Shown one piece after another: positions 52,437 to 63,051 of a stretch of DNA of 64,000 nucleotides. Source of the stretch: an uncultured Spirochaetota bacterium (GTDB lineage: Bacteria; Spirochaetota; Brevinematia; Brevinematales; JAOACQ01); contig CAWAOD010000010.1 in NCBI GenBank assembly GCA_963783575.1, positions 160,001 through 224,000 of the forward strand. The letters run 5' to 3'. The number at the start of each line of letters is the position of its first letter. Within the stretch, counting starts at the first letter, position 1. Under the pieces are notes generated by a model that saw only the letters and a program-made list of their open reading frames with translations, did no database searches and was not told where the DNA came from. The position numbers and the translations under genes are program-made.

Positions 52437-54335
52437 CTACCTGCCTTTCAGGTATATCATCATAATTTGAATGGCGGCGGGTCTGACGCCTGAAATTCTT
52501 GAAGCCTGGCCCAGGTTAACCGGTTTAACAGTGCCGAGTTTTTCCATTTCTTCCTTCTTTAAACCGGAAAGGGAATTATAATCCATATCAGAAGGAATTT
52601 TAATATGTTCAAGTTTCTTAAAACTATTTACAAGATTTTTTTCTTCAGAAATATATCCCTCATATTTTACCTCAATTTCTACTTCCTCCATCACCTGATT
52701 TAATAAATTTCTGTCTTTTATTAACTTAATTTTTTTTGAGGGGAAAAATCGATCAATATCAAGATAGCTTACTTCAGGCCTTCGAAGTATTTCAAGTAAT
52801 TTATACGGCCTGTTTATTTCGGAAGTTCCCATTTTATGGAGAAGACTTTGCGACTCCTCTGTAGGTGTGATGTTTAAACTGGTCAATCTTTCCAATTCTT
52901 CATTTATTAATCTCTCTTTTTCGGCAGTTTTCCGGTATAGATTTTCAGGTAGAAGCCCAAGTTCATAGCCTTTTTTCGACAGTCTCCTGTCCGCATTATC
53001 TTCCCTTAGGATCAATCTGTACTCAACCCTCGATGTAAACATACGATATGGCTCATTTGTACCCTTTGTCGTTAAATCATCAATCAAGACTCCGATATAA
53101 CCGTCGCTTCTGTCAATTATAAATTCCGACCTGCCCAATGAATTATTGGCGGCATTGATACCGGCTATAAGCCCCTGCGCCCCGGCTTCCTCATAACCGG
53201 TGGTCCCATTTATCTGGCCGGCCATAAACAGGTTCTTAACCTTTTTTGCCTCAAGTGTCGGAAGTAATTCCATAGGATCGACATAATCATGCTCAATGGC
53301 ATATGCCGGCCTGGTCATAACCGCTTTTTCCAGGCCCGGTACGCTGCGGATAATATCAAGCTGAATATCTACAGGGAATCCATTTGATAATCCATTGGGA
53401 TAATATTCAATAGTTTCCCTGCCTTCAGGCTCAATAAAAACATGGTGGCGCTCACGGTCCGGGAACTTCATAACTTTATCTTCCACAGATGGACAGTAAC
53501 GTACACCGGTTGCCTTAATTTTACCGGAATACATCGGGGCCAGATTTATATTATTTCGAATGATCTCATGCGTTTTTGCCGATGTATAGGTTAAAAAGCA
53601 GGGCATTTGATCAATATGTGTAAAGCCTTCATCCGGATCGGTCCAAAAAGAAAATGGTTTAATTGGTATATCGCCGTTCTGCACTTCCATAGACTTAAAA
53701 TCAATAGTCCTTTTGTCCAAGCGAGCCGGTGTTCCGGTCTTGAAGCGGCCTGTTTTAAAACCAAGTTTTTTAAGAGTGTCGGAAAGCTTGACTGAAGGCA
53801 TCTCACCCATTCTTCCTGCCGGATAAGTTTCACCTCCGATATGTATTATGCCGTTCAGGAAAGTTCCCGGAGTAATAACCACGCAAACAGAATGATAAAA
53901 TACATTAAATGCCGTTATGATACCGATAATTTTCCCATTCTCAACAATTATGTCTTCGGCCATGTCCTGCTTAACATCCAGGTTTTGCTGATTTTGAACC
54001 GTATTCTGCATATAAATCCTGTATAATGATTTATCTGCCTGCGCCCTGGAAGAACGCACCGCTGGTCCTTTACGTGTGTTAAGAGTCCTGAATTGAACCC
54101 CGGTTTTATCTATTGCTCTTCCCATCTCGCCGCCTAAAGCATCGATCTCTTTGACAAGCTGGCCCTTTCCAATACCACCGATTGAAGGATTGCAAGGCAT
54201 CTGCCCGATAAGATCAGGATTAGATGATAAAAGCAGGGTTTTTGCCCCAATTCTGGCGGATGCAAGACTTGCCTCAATCCCCGCATGACCTCCTCCTATT
54301 ACAATAACATCATATTTAAACGGGTATTCTGTCAT
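52437..54335 (-). CDS. mnmG: tRNA uridine-5-carboxymethylaminomethyl synthesis enzyme
   Basis: [44 protein letters not shown]. Start set at ATG 54335 after GGAG. Confidence 0.98.
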   Translation of the reverse strand: MTEYPFKYDVIVIGGGHAGIEASLASARIGAKTLLLSSNPDLIGQMPCNPSIGGIGKGQLVKEIDALGGEMGRAIDKTGVQFRTLNTRKGPAVRSSRAQADKSLYRIYMQNTVQNQQNLDVKQDMAEDIIVENGKIIGIITAFNVFYHSVCVVITPGTFLNGIIHIGGETYPAGRMGEMPSVKLSDTLKKLGFKTGRFKTGTPARLDKRTIDFKSMEVQNGDIPIKPFSFWTDPDEGFTHIDQMPCFLTYTSAKTHEIIRNNINLAPMYSGKIKATGVRYCPSVEDKVMKFPDRERHHVFIEPEGRETIEYYPNGLSNGFPVDIQLDIIRSVPGLEKAVMTRPAYAIEHDYVDPMELLPTLEAKKVKNLFMAGQINGTTGYEEAGAQGLIAGINAANNSLGRSEFIIDRSDGYIGVLIDDLTTKGTNEPYRMFTSRVEYRLILREDNADRRLSKKGYELGLLPENLYRKTAEKERLINEELERLTSLNITPTEESQSLLHKMGTSEINRPYKLLEILRRPEVSYLDIDRFFPSKKIKLIKDRNLLNQVMEEVEIEVKYEGYISEEKNLVNSFKKLEHIKIPSDMDYNSLSGLKKEEMEKLGTVKPVNLGQASRISGVRPAAIQIMMIYLKGR

Positions 54336-54537
54336 CTGAAACTTCTCCGAAATATGCCGGGTAATTTTATATATTGATTCCGGTATATAACCTGTTATTA
54401 TAAGGAAAAAGAACGGATTATACAAAAAAGAGAGGATTTTCTCTATAAATAATCATTATCAAAGTCATAATTTTATTTTTTTGGATATTAGCATTATAAT
54501 ATATATTCGATCAAAATAATAGATCCGGAGGTTTAAG

Positions 54538-54735
54538 TTGAAAACAGGAAAACGGCTATTGATTATTTTATTGATACAAACCGGTTTATCTTTTGTTATT
54601 GCGGCTTTATTTGTAATTTTTTACTTCAGGATTTTTCCTCAGAAAATGGAACTGGTTTTTCCTGGTTCTCTTGCTCTTGGAATAATCTTCGGCCTGCTGT
54701 TCTATCTTCCAATTAAATATTTTTTAGAAAAATAA
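54538..54735 (+). CDS. Small two-TM membrane protein
   Basis: GGAGG RBS + TTG, two hydrophobic helices. Confidence 0.65.
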   Translation: MKTGKRLLIILLIQTGLSFVIAALFVIFYFRIFPQKMELVFPGSLALGIIFGLLFYLPIKYFLEK

Positions 54736-54751
54736 TCATCAGGAGAAATAA

Positions 54752-56812
54752 ATGAAAATTTTGAGGATAATTTCATATATAATTTTAAGCATATTGGTAA
54801 TTATACTGCTACTGGGAAATATTTTTTATCTGCAGGCTCGAAAGTTTATAGATAAAACCAATGTTATGATAGAATTGAACGAGGAGGAAATTTCCCGGTT
54901 TAATAAACAGAAAAATCCTGATTATAACCTTGCGATTTATACCGATAAAAATGTTTATAATAAATATGAAAAAATAAAGATTTTTGCACAAATAATCAAT
55001 AAAAAAAACGGAAGCATTCCTGAAAATTCGGTTATCGAGGCAGAATTTTATAATAATGGAAATAAATTAAGCGGTCTGAACGGATCGGAGCGTATTAAGC
55101 TTATTTATAATAAAGATAATAAAATTTGGGCCGGTTTCTGGTATCCTCAGAATCAGGATTTATCCGGGAACATAGATGTCAATGCATCCGGATACCCCGA
55201 TAAACCGGAAGCTCCCATAATTGCCAAAACCAGTTTTTATATAACAGAAGTAACTCCAAAATTTACACTGAATAAGGGTATGGCCTTTATGGGCATCGAT
55301 TCCCTTGAAAGAATTTCCAAAAGAAATATTTTATCTGCGGATAGTAAGGAAGTTGACTGGAATTATATTCCCGAGTGGCTGAATTTTATTTCGGCAGATG
55401 GTATCCTGATGCTTGGCGGAATAACAAAAACTTTTCAGGAAGATATTACTCTTGACTCCCCATGGGACAATGATAAAATTAATGAATCGATTATTCTGGC
55501 TGAGAAACTTAAACAAAAATCGAAAAGTATCGGCATATGGATGAGAACGCTCAAAGTAGAGGGTATTTATGCAAAAAAAATGGGGTATAGACCCGCTTTA
55601 AGTATCAAAGATGATAAGTATGTAGAAGATAACTCAACAATTTCAATACTTGATGAAAACAGGAAAAAAAGTATATCCAAGCTTTTTACATCGTTTATGG
55701 ATAATGATAATATTTCCTATGTCGGTATTTCAGATATGTTTCTTCCGCCTGAAAGCGGTATCGAACTGCTGGATAAGTTCGTTCAGGAATTTCAGATAAA
55801 CGTTCCCGATGATTGGTCTGATATGGATTTTGACAGCAAATTCGATTATTTTGCCGGAAAAATTGCTGACAAGCAAATGTTTCAAAACTTTGTAACCTGG
55901 AAGCAATATGTAATTACGGAATATATTAAAGATATAATTAATAATTCCGGGCATAAAAAACCTATTTTTTACTATATGGATTATAAAGATGCAATTGATA
56001 ATCCTGATTTGATCTCGATTGTTTTTAATTCCGGAATTGACTTTGTTGTATTGGTTTTTAATACAAGTTATGATAATATTATGGAAAGTCTTGACAGGAT
56101 AAGTAATATTAATAAAATATCAAAATATTATAACCGGCTGGTTGTTTCATATTATATCGATTATCAAAACATTGATATGAAAGACTTTGAAATCAGTGCC
56201 ATCGATAACTATGTAAATGCAAACCTTCAATTAACAAAATTCGGTTCGTTAACGCTTAATGCAAACGGTATAATGATCAATGACTTATACAAGGCCATGT
56301 TCGGTAAAAGAGGGCCATATTCTCCATATGAGTGGATGCTGGGAATCGGAGAAACTATTTACCGCTTCAAAGATATGAATAAAGTTTTACCGGTAAATGT
56401 TGATTTTAGTGCACCGGAAAATGTAAATTATGGTGAAGAATTTCCTATTAAGATAAAACTAATAAATACTTCCGCAAAACCAATTGGAAACTTTAAAATT
56501 GATGTTCTTCCAATTCATGGAAAAAGTGTACAAAAAAATTCGACCATCAGTATCCTCCCTCCCGGTAAAGAAACCTCTTTAGAAATACCGCTTCAAATAG
56601 AGACAAATTCATCACAATTTATCAGGAAAAAAAGCTTTATCGGAATTAGAATTTCCTGGACTGAAAATAAAGATTCTGCAACATCAACACAGGGCGGGTA
56701 TGTACTTTTCAGGGCAATTAACCTGAATCAGGAAATAGCGGGAATAAATTCTTCTACTAATACGGTTAGCAACAGAACTTCAGGAAAAACAAATTCAAAA
56801 TTAAACAAATAA
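54752..56812 (+). CDS. Membrane-anchored hypothetical protein (Ig-like ends, central alpha/beta domain)
   Basis: N-terminal TM, YTDKNVY..YEKIKIFA (MG-like) segment, C-terminal CARDB-like GEEFPIKIKLIN...LPPGKETSLEI. Confidence 0.65.
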   Translation: MKILRIISYIILSILVIILLLGNIFYLQARKFIDKTNVMIELNEEEISRFNKQKNPDYNLAIYTDKNVYNKYEKIKIFAQIINKKNGSIPENSVIEAEFYNNGNKLSGLNGSERIKLIYNKDNKIWAGFWYPQNQDLSGNIDVNASGYPDKPEAPIIAKTSFYITEVTPKFTLNKGMAFMGIDSLERISKRNILSADSKEVDWNYIPEWLNFISADGILMLGGITKTFQEDITLDSPWDNDKINESIILAEKLKQKSKSIGIWMRTLKVEGIYAKKMGYRPALSIKDDKYVEDNSTISILDENRKKSISKLFTSFMDNDNISYVGISDMFLPPESGIELLDKFVQEFQINVPDDWSDMDFDSKFDYFAGKIADKQMFQNFVTWKQYVITEYIKDIINNSGHKKPIFYYMDYKDAIDNPDLISIVFNSGIDFVVLVFNTSYDNIMESLDRISNINKISKYYNRLVVSYYIDYQNIDMKDFEISAIDNYVNANLQLTKFGSLTLNANGIMINDLYKAMFGKRGPYSPYEWMLGIGETIYRFKDMNKVLPVNVDFSAPENVNYGEEFPIKIKLINTSAKPIGNFKIDVLPIHGKSVQKNSTISILPPGKETSLEIPLQIETNSSQFIRKKSFIGIRISWTENKDSATSTQGGYVLFRAINLNQEIAGINSSTNTVSNRTSGKTNSKLNK

Positions 56813-56869
56813 TTGATGAAGTTCAAAAATCTGGTCAAGAGAGCTATGTTAAATAAATCTGCACTGCCC

Positions 56870-57601
56870 TCAAGTAATAATCTTTTCTGAAAGCTTTCTT
56901 ACCATTCCAGCAATATCATCTTCCCCTATAATCCCGCTAATCAGAGCAATTGTTCTGGCTCCCCTATTTAAGACTTCAGAAATATTATTTTCCTTAATGC
57001 CGCCGATTGCAACAAAAGGCAAAGGAATATTTTTGACCACATAATCAAGGTATTCCAGACCGACGGGATCGCATACATCTTTCTTCGTGTTGGTACGGTA
57101 AATAGGCCCCACTCCAATGTAATCAGCCCCTTCTTTTAAAGCGGCCATTGCCTGAATTGGAGAACTTGTAGACAATCCAATTATCCTGTTCCCGATAAGC
57201 TTCCTGACTTCATTTATCGGAATGTCATCCTGGCCAATATGAACACCGTCTGCATCAGTCAGCATTGCAATATCAATAAAATCATTTACAATAAACATAA
57301 CCCCGGCATCTTTAGTCATTTTACGGATTTCCTTACATTCCAGGAATTTCTCTCGAATTGTTTTTTCTTCTTTTTCCCGGTATTGTATAATCTTGATTCC
57401 TCCTCTAATCAATTCACCGGCGACAAAAATACTTTTTCTGCCTTTTGAAAAACTTTCTGTAATAATACCATAGATGCCACCAGGTAAAACACTACTTCTT
57501 TTCAAATCCATTGAGCTATCCTTATAATTAATGTTCAATTCGATATCTTTTATTTCCAAGTTGTCATTTTTCATAATATTAACGACTGTTAAAAACTCCA
57601 T
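56870..57601 (-). CDS. thiE: Thiamine-phosphate synthase (true start may be ATG 57511)
   Basis: IQYREK, FIVND, DGVHIGQDD, GPIYRTNTK, VAIGGI. Confidence 0.95.
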   Translation of the reverse strand: MEFLTVVNIMKNDNLEIKDIELNINYKDSSMDLKRSSVLPGGIYGIITESFSKGRKSIFVAGELIRGGIKIIQYREKEEKTIREKFLECKEIRKMTKDAGVMFIVNDFIDIAMLTDADGVHIGQDDIPINEVRKLIGNRIIGLSTSSPIQAMAALKEGADYIGVGPIYRTNTKKDVCDPVGLEYLDYVVKNIPLPFVAIGGIKENNISEVLNRGARTIALISGIIGEDDIAGMVRKLSEKIIT

Positions 57602-57668
57602 TAATTCCAGCCATTAATATTCTTATAATTTTTTATTTTATAAGCAACATACCTAATTTTAAATATCT

Positions 57669-58214
57669 TTATTTTCTTTTATAATCATCACAAAAGAATT
57701 CGTTATATTTACCCAGAATACCGCCGATTAAAATAAATAAATTCTCAATATCCTCAGGAGTAACAGGATAATCGTTAAAAGCCTTGTCTTTATTCATGAA
57801 ATATTTTCTGTCAATATGAGCATAATATTTATCGCGCAAACCCAGGATATTTTTAACAGCTTTATGCATAATTTTTAGCGATGCTTTATCGTCATTTATA
57901 AATTTATTTACAATCTCCGGTTCGATTTTCCTGAAAATTCTAGGATGATTTCCAACAAAACCCAGATATTTTTCAATTCCCTTTGAATCGGGATGTTCAT
58001 CGATCAACCTGAATAAATGCATTAAAGCCGAATCAAAATGGGCTTTTTTTGTAAGGTATTGCTCATCAATATTATTTATTTCACCTGATTTGTTATTCTC
58101 CAATTCTTTCCATATAATAAAATGTCTCATCCCAATCCGGCATTCATCAGAAAGTGTTTTTGAAATCCCTTTGAAATATGTCTTTGAATCCAAATTTAAC
58201 CCCTTTCTTAACAA
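57669..58214 (-). CDS. AbiU2-like HEPN-domain protein
   Basis: ALMHLFRLIDE...LRDKYYAHID fits the R-x-K-x-x-A-H HEPN pattern. Confidence 0.6.
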   Translation of the reverse strand: MLRKGLNLDSKTYFKGISKTLSDECRIGMRHFIIWKELENNKSGEINNIDEQYLTKKAHFDSALMHLFRLIDEHPDSKGIEKYLGFVGNHPRIFRKIEPEIVNKFINDDKASLKIMHKAVKNILGLRDKYYAHIDRKYFMNKDKAFNDYPVTPEDIENLFILIGGILGKYNEFFCDDYKRK

Positions 58215-58508
58215 TGAATTATTTATCTTGAACTAGATTTTGATGATTATTTCGGCACAGTGCTGCTGCAAAAAACAAATATTATTATAATATCAAATTT
58301 ATCCGGACTCAACTATTCATTAAAAAGTCTTTAGAGGGCATGCAGAGAAATTAAGGTAATTTCAAGTTAAAGCTTATCTTAATCACCTGTAAAATCAATA
58401 AGATTGACTTATTAATTTATTGTTAAATATTATTAATACTATTAATACAATATTATAACAATAATTTACAAATAAATTTGATTATGGAATATAAAAGAGG
58501 AGATTATT

Positions 58509-60029
58509 ATGGTAACAAAGCTTTCATCCATTTCATATTACGGACTTCAAACAATTCCAATAGAGATTGAAGTTGACATACAAACTAAGGTTTATGAATT
58601 TGAAATAGTAGGTATGGCAGATGTTTCGGTAAAGGAATCGGTTAAAAGAATTGAAACTGCAATTCAGAATTCCGGTTATCATTTTCCGGGAAAAAGGATT
58701 ATTGTAAATTTAGCCCCGGCAGGGATAAGAAAAGTCGGGGCGCTATTTGACCTGCCAATTGCTATTGGTATAATGAATGAAGCCTTTGAATTTCAAAACC
58801 TCAATGAATATATTATTGTCGGAGAATTATCACTTGACGGACAAATTCGTTCAATTCCAGGGGCTTTACCAATTGCTCACAAATCTGAGAAGTTAGGGTT
58901 TAAAAAAATTCTCTGCCCGGGAAAAAATGCCGAAGAAATGGCTCTGGTCAAAGGATTGGATGTAATTCCGGTTTCATCTATTAAGGAAGTTGTCGAATAT
59001 TTTAATGGTGAAAATTTAATATCTCCATTTTGTCAAACAAAAATAAACAATGATAATTTTCAGTCTACTCAGAACCTATTGGATATGTCGGATATTAAAG
59101 GGCAGGAATCGGCAAAAAGAGCGCTTGAGATAAGCGCGGCTGGGGGGCATAACGCTCTTATGATCGGACCGCCCGGGACAGGTAAAACAATGCTTGCAAA
59201 ACGTATCCCGACAATTTTGCCAAAAATGACGGTTGAGGAGGCGCTTGAAACTACTATGATTTACAGTGTGGCAGGTATGGTCGATCCAAAGAAACCTTTA
59301 TTGACTGAAAGACCGTTCCGTACTCCCCATCATACCGCATCAGATATCTCAATTATCGGTGGTGGCAAATTTCCAAAACCGGGAGAAGTTAGTCTGGCTC
59401 ATAACGGAGTTCTATTTCTTGATGAAATCCAACTCTTCAGAAGTAATGTTCTTCAGGTTTTAAGACAGCCCCTGGAGGAAGAAAAAATAACAATCTCCAG
59501 GGCTGAAGGTTCTGTTGAATTTCCTGCCAACTTTATGCTTATAGCAGCTCTCAACCCTTCCAAAAGAAATATCGACATAAATCAATGGGATGTAAAGGAG
59601 ATGAAAACTGTTTTGAATAAATTATCAGGCCCTCTCCTTGACAGAATTGACATCCAGATTCAGGTTTCAAGAATTAAATACGATCAGATAAACTCAAAGA
59701 TCAGGCAGGAGTCTTCGGAAGAAATCCGTAACCGGGTAGAAAAAGCTAAACATATCCAATACAAAAGATTTGAAAATCAAAAAATATATAGTAATTCGCA
59801 GATGAACCATAAACAAGTCGAAGCATATTGTTGTCTTACTTCTGGCGGAAACAGCCTTTTAAAACTCGCTATGGAAAAATTTATTCTAAGCATTAGGGTA
59901 TATGATAAATTATTGAAAATATCAAGAACAATTGCCGATCTTGACGGAGAGAAGCAAATTCAAGACTATCATATCAGTGAAGCTTTACAATACAGAGTTC
60001 TTGACAGAGTGCTGAATTTTATAAATTGA
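58509..60029 (+). CDS. YifB/ComM-family Mg-chelatase-like AAA ATPase
   Basis: NLAPAG, GELSLDG, GPPGTGKT, PFRTPHHTAS, PGEVSLAHNGVLFLDE, SGPLLDRID. Confidence 0.95.
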   Translation: MVTKLSSISYYGLQTIPIEIEVDIQTKVYEFEIVGMADVSVKESVKRIETAIQNSGYHFPGKRIIVNLAPAGIRKVGALFDLPIAIGIMNEAFEFQNLNEYIIVGELSLDGQIRSIPGALPIAHKSEKLGFKKILCPGKNAEEMALVKGLDVIPVSSIKEVVEYFNGENLISPFCQTKINNDNFQSTQNLLDMSDIKGQESAKRALEISAAGGHNALMIGPPGTGKTMLAKRIPTILPKMTVEEALETTMIYSVAGMVDPKKPLLTERPFRTPHHTASDISIIGGGKFPKPGEVSLAHNGVLFLDEIQLFRSNVLQVLRQPLEEEKITISRAEGSVEFPANFMLIAALNPSKRNIDINQWDVKEMKTVLNKLSGPLLDRIDIQIQVSRIKYDQINSKIRQESSEEIRNRVEKAKHIQYKRFENQKIYSNSQMNHKQVEAYCCLTSGGNSLLKLAMEKFILSIRVYDKLLKISRTIADLDGEKQIQDYHISEALQYRVLDRVLNFIN

Positions 60030-60130
60030 TTTTAATAAACTAAATTGAGAACTTCTTATATTAACCTTAGTTTATTATTTCTCTAATTTCTATTGATTAT
60101 AGAAGTTAAAAGCATAAAGTTTTAAAGTGA

Positions 60131-60176
60131 TTCGGTGAGCCCATTCGATTCCTCAGGGCAGGCTCTGTCAAACCAT
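60131..60176. repeat. Degenerate REP-like element (TGAGC...TTCGA...CTCAGG family)
   Basis: GGTGAGCCCATTCGATTCCTCAGGGCAGGCTCTGTCAAACC resembles the motif at 30152 in a nested arrangement. Confidence 0.45.
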
Positions 60177-60289
60177 TCAATAAAAAACTTATCAAATGTT
60201 TCTTTTAACTTTACACTTTATAATGCAACAAAATATAGGCTTGCTAATTTTTAAATATAAACATTTATTAGAATCTCACTTTAGGTTAT

Positions 60290-61997
60290 CCTAAACTGAG
60301 CGATTCTTAACTATCCATAAAAATAAAACCATGCTAAAATAAAATGGGGTAAGGAAATGGTTACAGCCATCCTTACCCCGGAATAACACCCATTGGGTGC
60401 AAAAGCAGGTAAATTATGACTGAAAAAAATAAAAATCGCAAAATTCAGGGAAATGAGATTCAAAAAATCGGCATAACGAAAGATTGTCTTACCAGCCGCG
60501 GCGGGCTTACGTTTGTCCTGAGATATCTCAAGAATATTAAAGTTATTCCCCTGATCAGCGAAGTATTTCAGGGAATTCGCAAGAGCCGCAAAGGTAAAGA
60601 TATAGAAAAAATTATTTCTCAATTGATGCTGTTTTTCATAGATGGAAGCAAATTTACCATGACCCGGTTTGATGAATTGGCAAATGATATCGGGCACAGA
60701 AAGGCCATTGAATGCAGCAAAGACAATATGTGCTCATCCCATGTGATAAAGAGATTTTTTCAGTGGTAAAAAAGACAATGTTTAAAGAGCTTCAAAAGAT
60801 TCTAATTAAGCTTTTTGTCTGGCGTCTCAAGATAAAGAACCCGAAAGTTATTATTCTCGGACTTGATACGATGGTACTGAATAATGATGACGCTAAAAAG
60901 CGAAACGGCGTGACTTATACCTACAAAAAGGTTAACGGGTATCATCCGCTGCATATGTATTGGAATGGTTTTATCGTGAACCTGGCGTTCCACGAAGGAA
61001 GCGAATCCCCGAATCACGGTGACGATCTGTTTACAATGCTGGAAGAAACAGTGAAGGAAATCCGGAAATGCTATGACAAAGAGGTGCCGATTATCGTTGT
61101 GTCTGATAGCGGGTTTTTTGACCAAAAGTATTTTAAGAAGCTGGAAGACCTGAAACTGTTCTTTATATGCGGCGGGAGAATACTGGATTCAATCAAACTC
61201 GATTTGATGAAGCGATTGCCGGAAGAATGGAGAAGGTTTGAGAAAAAAGGAGATGTAATTGAATACCTGGACTTTCGGGACAGACGGGATAGCTGGGAAA
61301 AGGGATACCGTGCCATTTATACCAAATATGAATGTGAAGACGGGGTTTTCAGATTAGCGTTCGACAGGCCTGAAAATATTATTTATACAAATCTTGAAGA
61401 AGCGGAAGTATTGAAAGAAAAGGGGCTTGTGAAATATATGACGGCAGAGGAAATAGTGAGGCTCTATCATCTGAGGGCAAAAGATGAACTGGTGAACCGT
61501 GGAATAAAAGAATTCGTGGATGAAACACTGCCGTTTAAGAGTTTTGTATCAAACGGTGTATATTATTTTTTATCGATAATAGCGTATAATCTGCTGTCGG
61601 CTTATCAGGCGGATATGGATATACCGGAAATACCAGTGGAAAGTTATCCGGATACGGTCAGGCGAATATTTATTGATATTGCGGGAAAGATTGTTAAAAC
61701 AGGCGGGCGGGCTATTTTAAAATTCAGGGAAGAAGTAGTTGACAGGTTTAAATTGTTAGATTTGTGGGAGAAATGCGGAACGGTTACCCCGATTTAAAGA
61801 TGCGCTCTGTTTTCATGGATTAATAAGGGGGTATTGCGCCAAAAATTGAAAATATCTCAGAGATTGATGATTTTAGTGCTTTCAAACGCATAAATTCGGC
61901 AAATTAACCGGTGACAAAAAAATATATCCAAATTTTTATAAATTTTGGCTTTTATAAACCTGTTTTTGGTATTTATTAAAAAATCGCTCAGTTTGGG
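60290..61997 (+). mobile_element. IS1380-family insertion sequence (1708 bp)
   Basis: TIRs CCTAAACTGAGCGATT (60290-60305) and AATCGCTCAGTTTGGG (61982-61997, 15/16). GTTAT is duplicated on both flanks. Confidence 0.92.
60416..61797 (+). CDS. IS1380-family DDE transposase, frameshift in T6 run at 60755-60760
   Basis: LTSRGGL N-terminus, LGLDTMV, GYHPL, SDSGFF, YHLRAKDELVNRGIKE. Two overlapping ORFs are joined by adding one T. Confidence 0.88.
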
Positions 61998-62060
61998 GTT
62001 ATAATAAATATGATTAACTTGACTTAAACTATACTTTTCATTAAAATACATGTACTTTTA

Positions 62061-62134
62061 GGGCCCATAGCTCAGTCGGTTAGAGCAACTGACTCATAAT
62101 CAGTGGGTCCCTGGTTCGATCCCAGGTGGGCCCA
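62061..62134 (+). tRNA. tRNA with CAT anticodon, most likely tRNA-Ile2 (lysidine); CCA not encoded
   Basis: Cloverleaf GGGCCCA/TGGGCCC, D-arm AGCTCAGTCGGTTAGAGC, anticodon loop CTCATAA, GTTCGA T-loop. Promoter TTGACT-17-TAAAAT at 62019-62047. Confidence 0.93.
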
Positions 62135-62255
62135 CATAAATGTAGATAAGCGGGAAGCCGGATTGCTGTCAGCACTTCGAGAATGTTTGAGATAGACTCA
62201 TTAATTACGAGGAATTGTTTTAATCAAGCGGCACGCTTGTTAAAAAGGAGATAAT

Positions 62256-63008
62256 ATGGAAAATATAGAAAGAATCGAAAAACTTGTTGATTTTCAGAAT
62301 CTTTACAATAGAGAAAAAGAGATACGAAATCTTTACATTGAAGAAGAGAAAAAACTTGAAAAAGTAAAATTAGAGAATGAATCTTTGGATTCTGTTAATA
62401 ACGATATGTCAATTAATATTGAGGAAATGAATAAAAAGATCACCGAAGAGCTAATAAAAAGAGATGAGATCAACAGGCGTATTACAAGTCTAAATGATGG
62501 TAAAGATAAAATTAAGATTGCAAGGCAGATAAAATCCTGGGAAAAAGAAATGGAAAAACAACAGCAGGAACTCAGCCTTATACAAGCTCAGATCGATTAT
62601 GACACATCCAAACAGGTCGAAATGGATAATGAATTGGATAAAATCAAGGCAAAGATTGATGAAAACAATAATAAAATATCCGAACTGAATAATCATATAA
62701 ATTCCATTATGGAACAACATAAAAAGGAATTGGATGATATTGAAAATAAGAAAAAACAAATACGGATAGATTTCGATATACAATTTATTGAGTATTTTGA
62801 ATCTCTTTTAAAGAAAACAAAAGGTACTGCAATTGTTGAGGTTGATCAGGATGCCTGTGCCGGATGTTACACGATTCTCCCGACAGTACTTCAGGGTGAA
62901 CTTGGAGAAGAACTAGCCAAGGAAAACATTGAATTATACCAGTGTCCTCATTGCTTCCGCTATCTCTTTTATCAGGTTTGGCTGGATAAAAGAAATAATG
63001 CCGCATAG
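62256..63008 (+). CDS. Coiled-coil protein with C4 zinc ribbon (DUF164-like)
   Basis: Long coiled coil, CAGC and CPHC pairs. Confidence 0.9.
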   Translation: MENIERIEKLVDFQNLYNREKEIRNLYIEEEKKLEKVKLENESLDSVNNDMSINIEEMNKKITEELIKRDEINRRITSLNDGKDKIKIARQIKSWEKEMEKQQQELSLIQAQIDYDTSKQVEMDNELDKIKAKIDENNNKISELNNHINSIMEQHKKELDDIENKKKQIRIDFDIQFIEYFESLLKKTKGTAIVEVDQDACAGCYTILPTVLQGELGEELAKENIELYQCPHCFRYLFYQVWLDKRNNAA

Positions 63009-63051
63009 ATTATCCCATAATAATAACTATTGATACAAACCATTTCATTTA

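Noticed and set aside
57600..58500. TPP riboswitch upstream of thiE
   Set aside because: No CTGAGA / ACCTG...GCGNAGG pattern found.
60751..60770. Programmed -1 frameshift in the IS1380 transposase
   Set aside because: No in-frame X XXY YYZ slippery heptamer, IS1380 transposases are normally single ORFs, and other indels in the window suggest error.
62061..62134. tRNA used as a prophage or ICE attachment site
   Set aside because: No integrase, phage genes or duplicated tRNA 3' end in the window.
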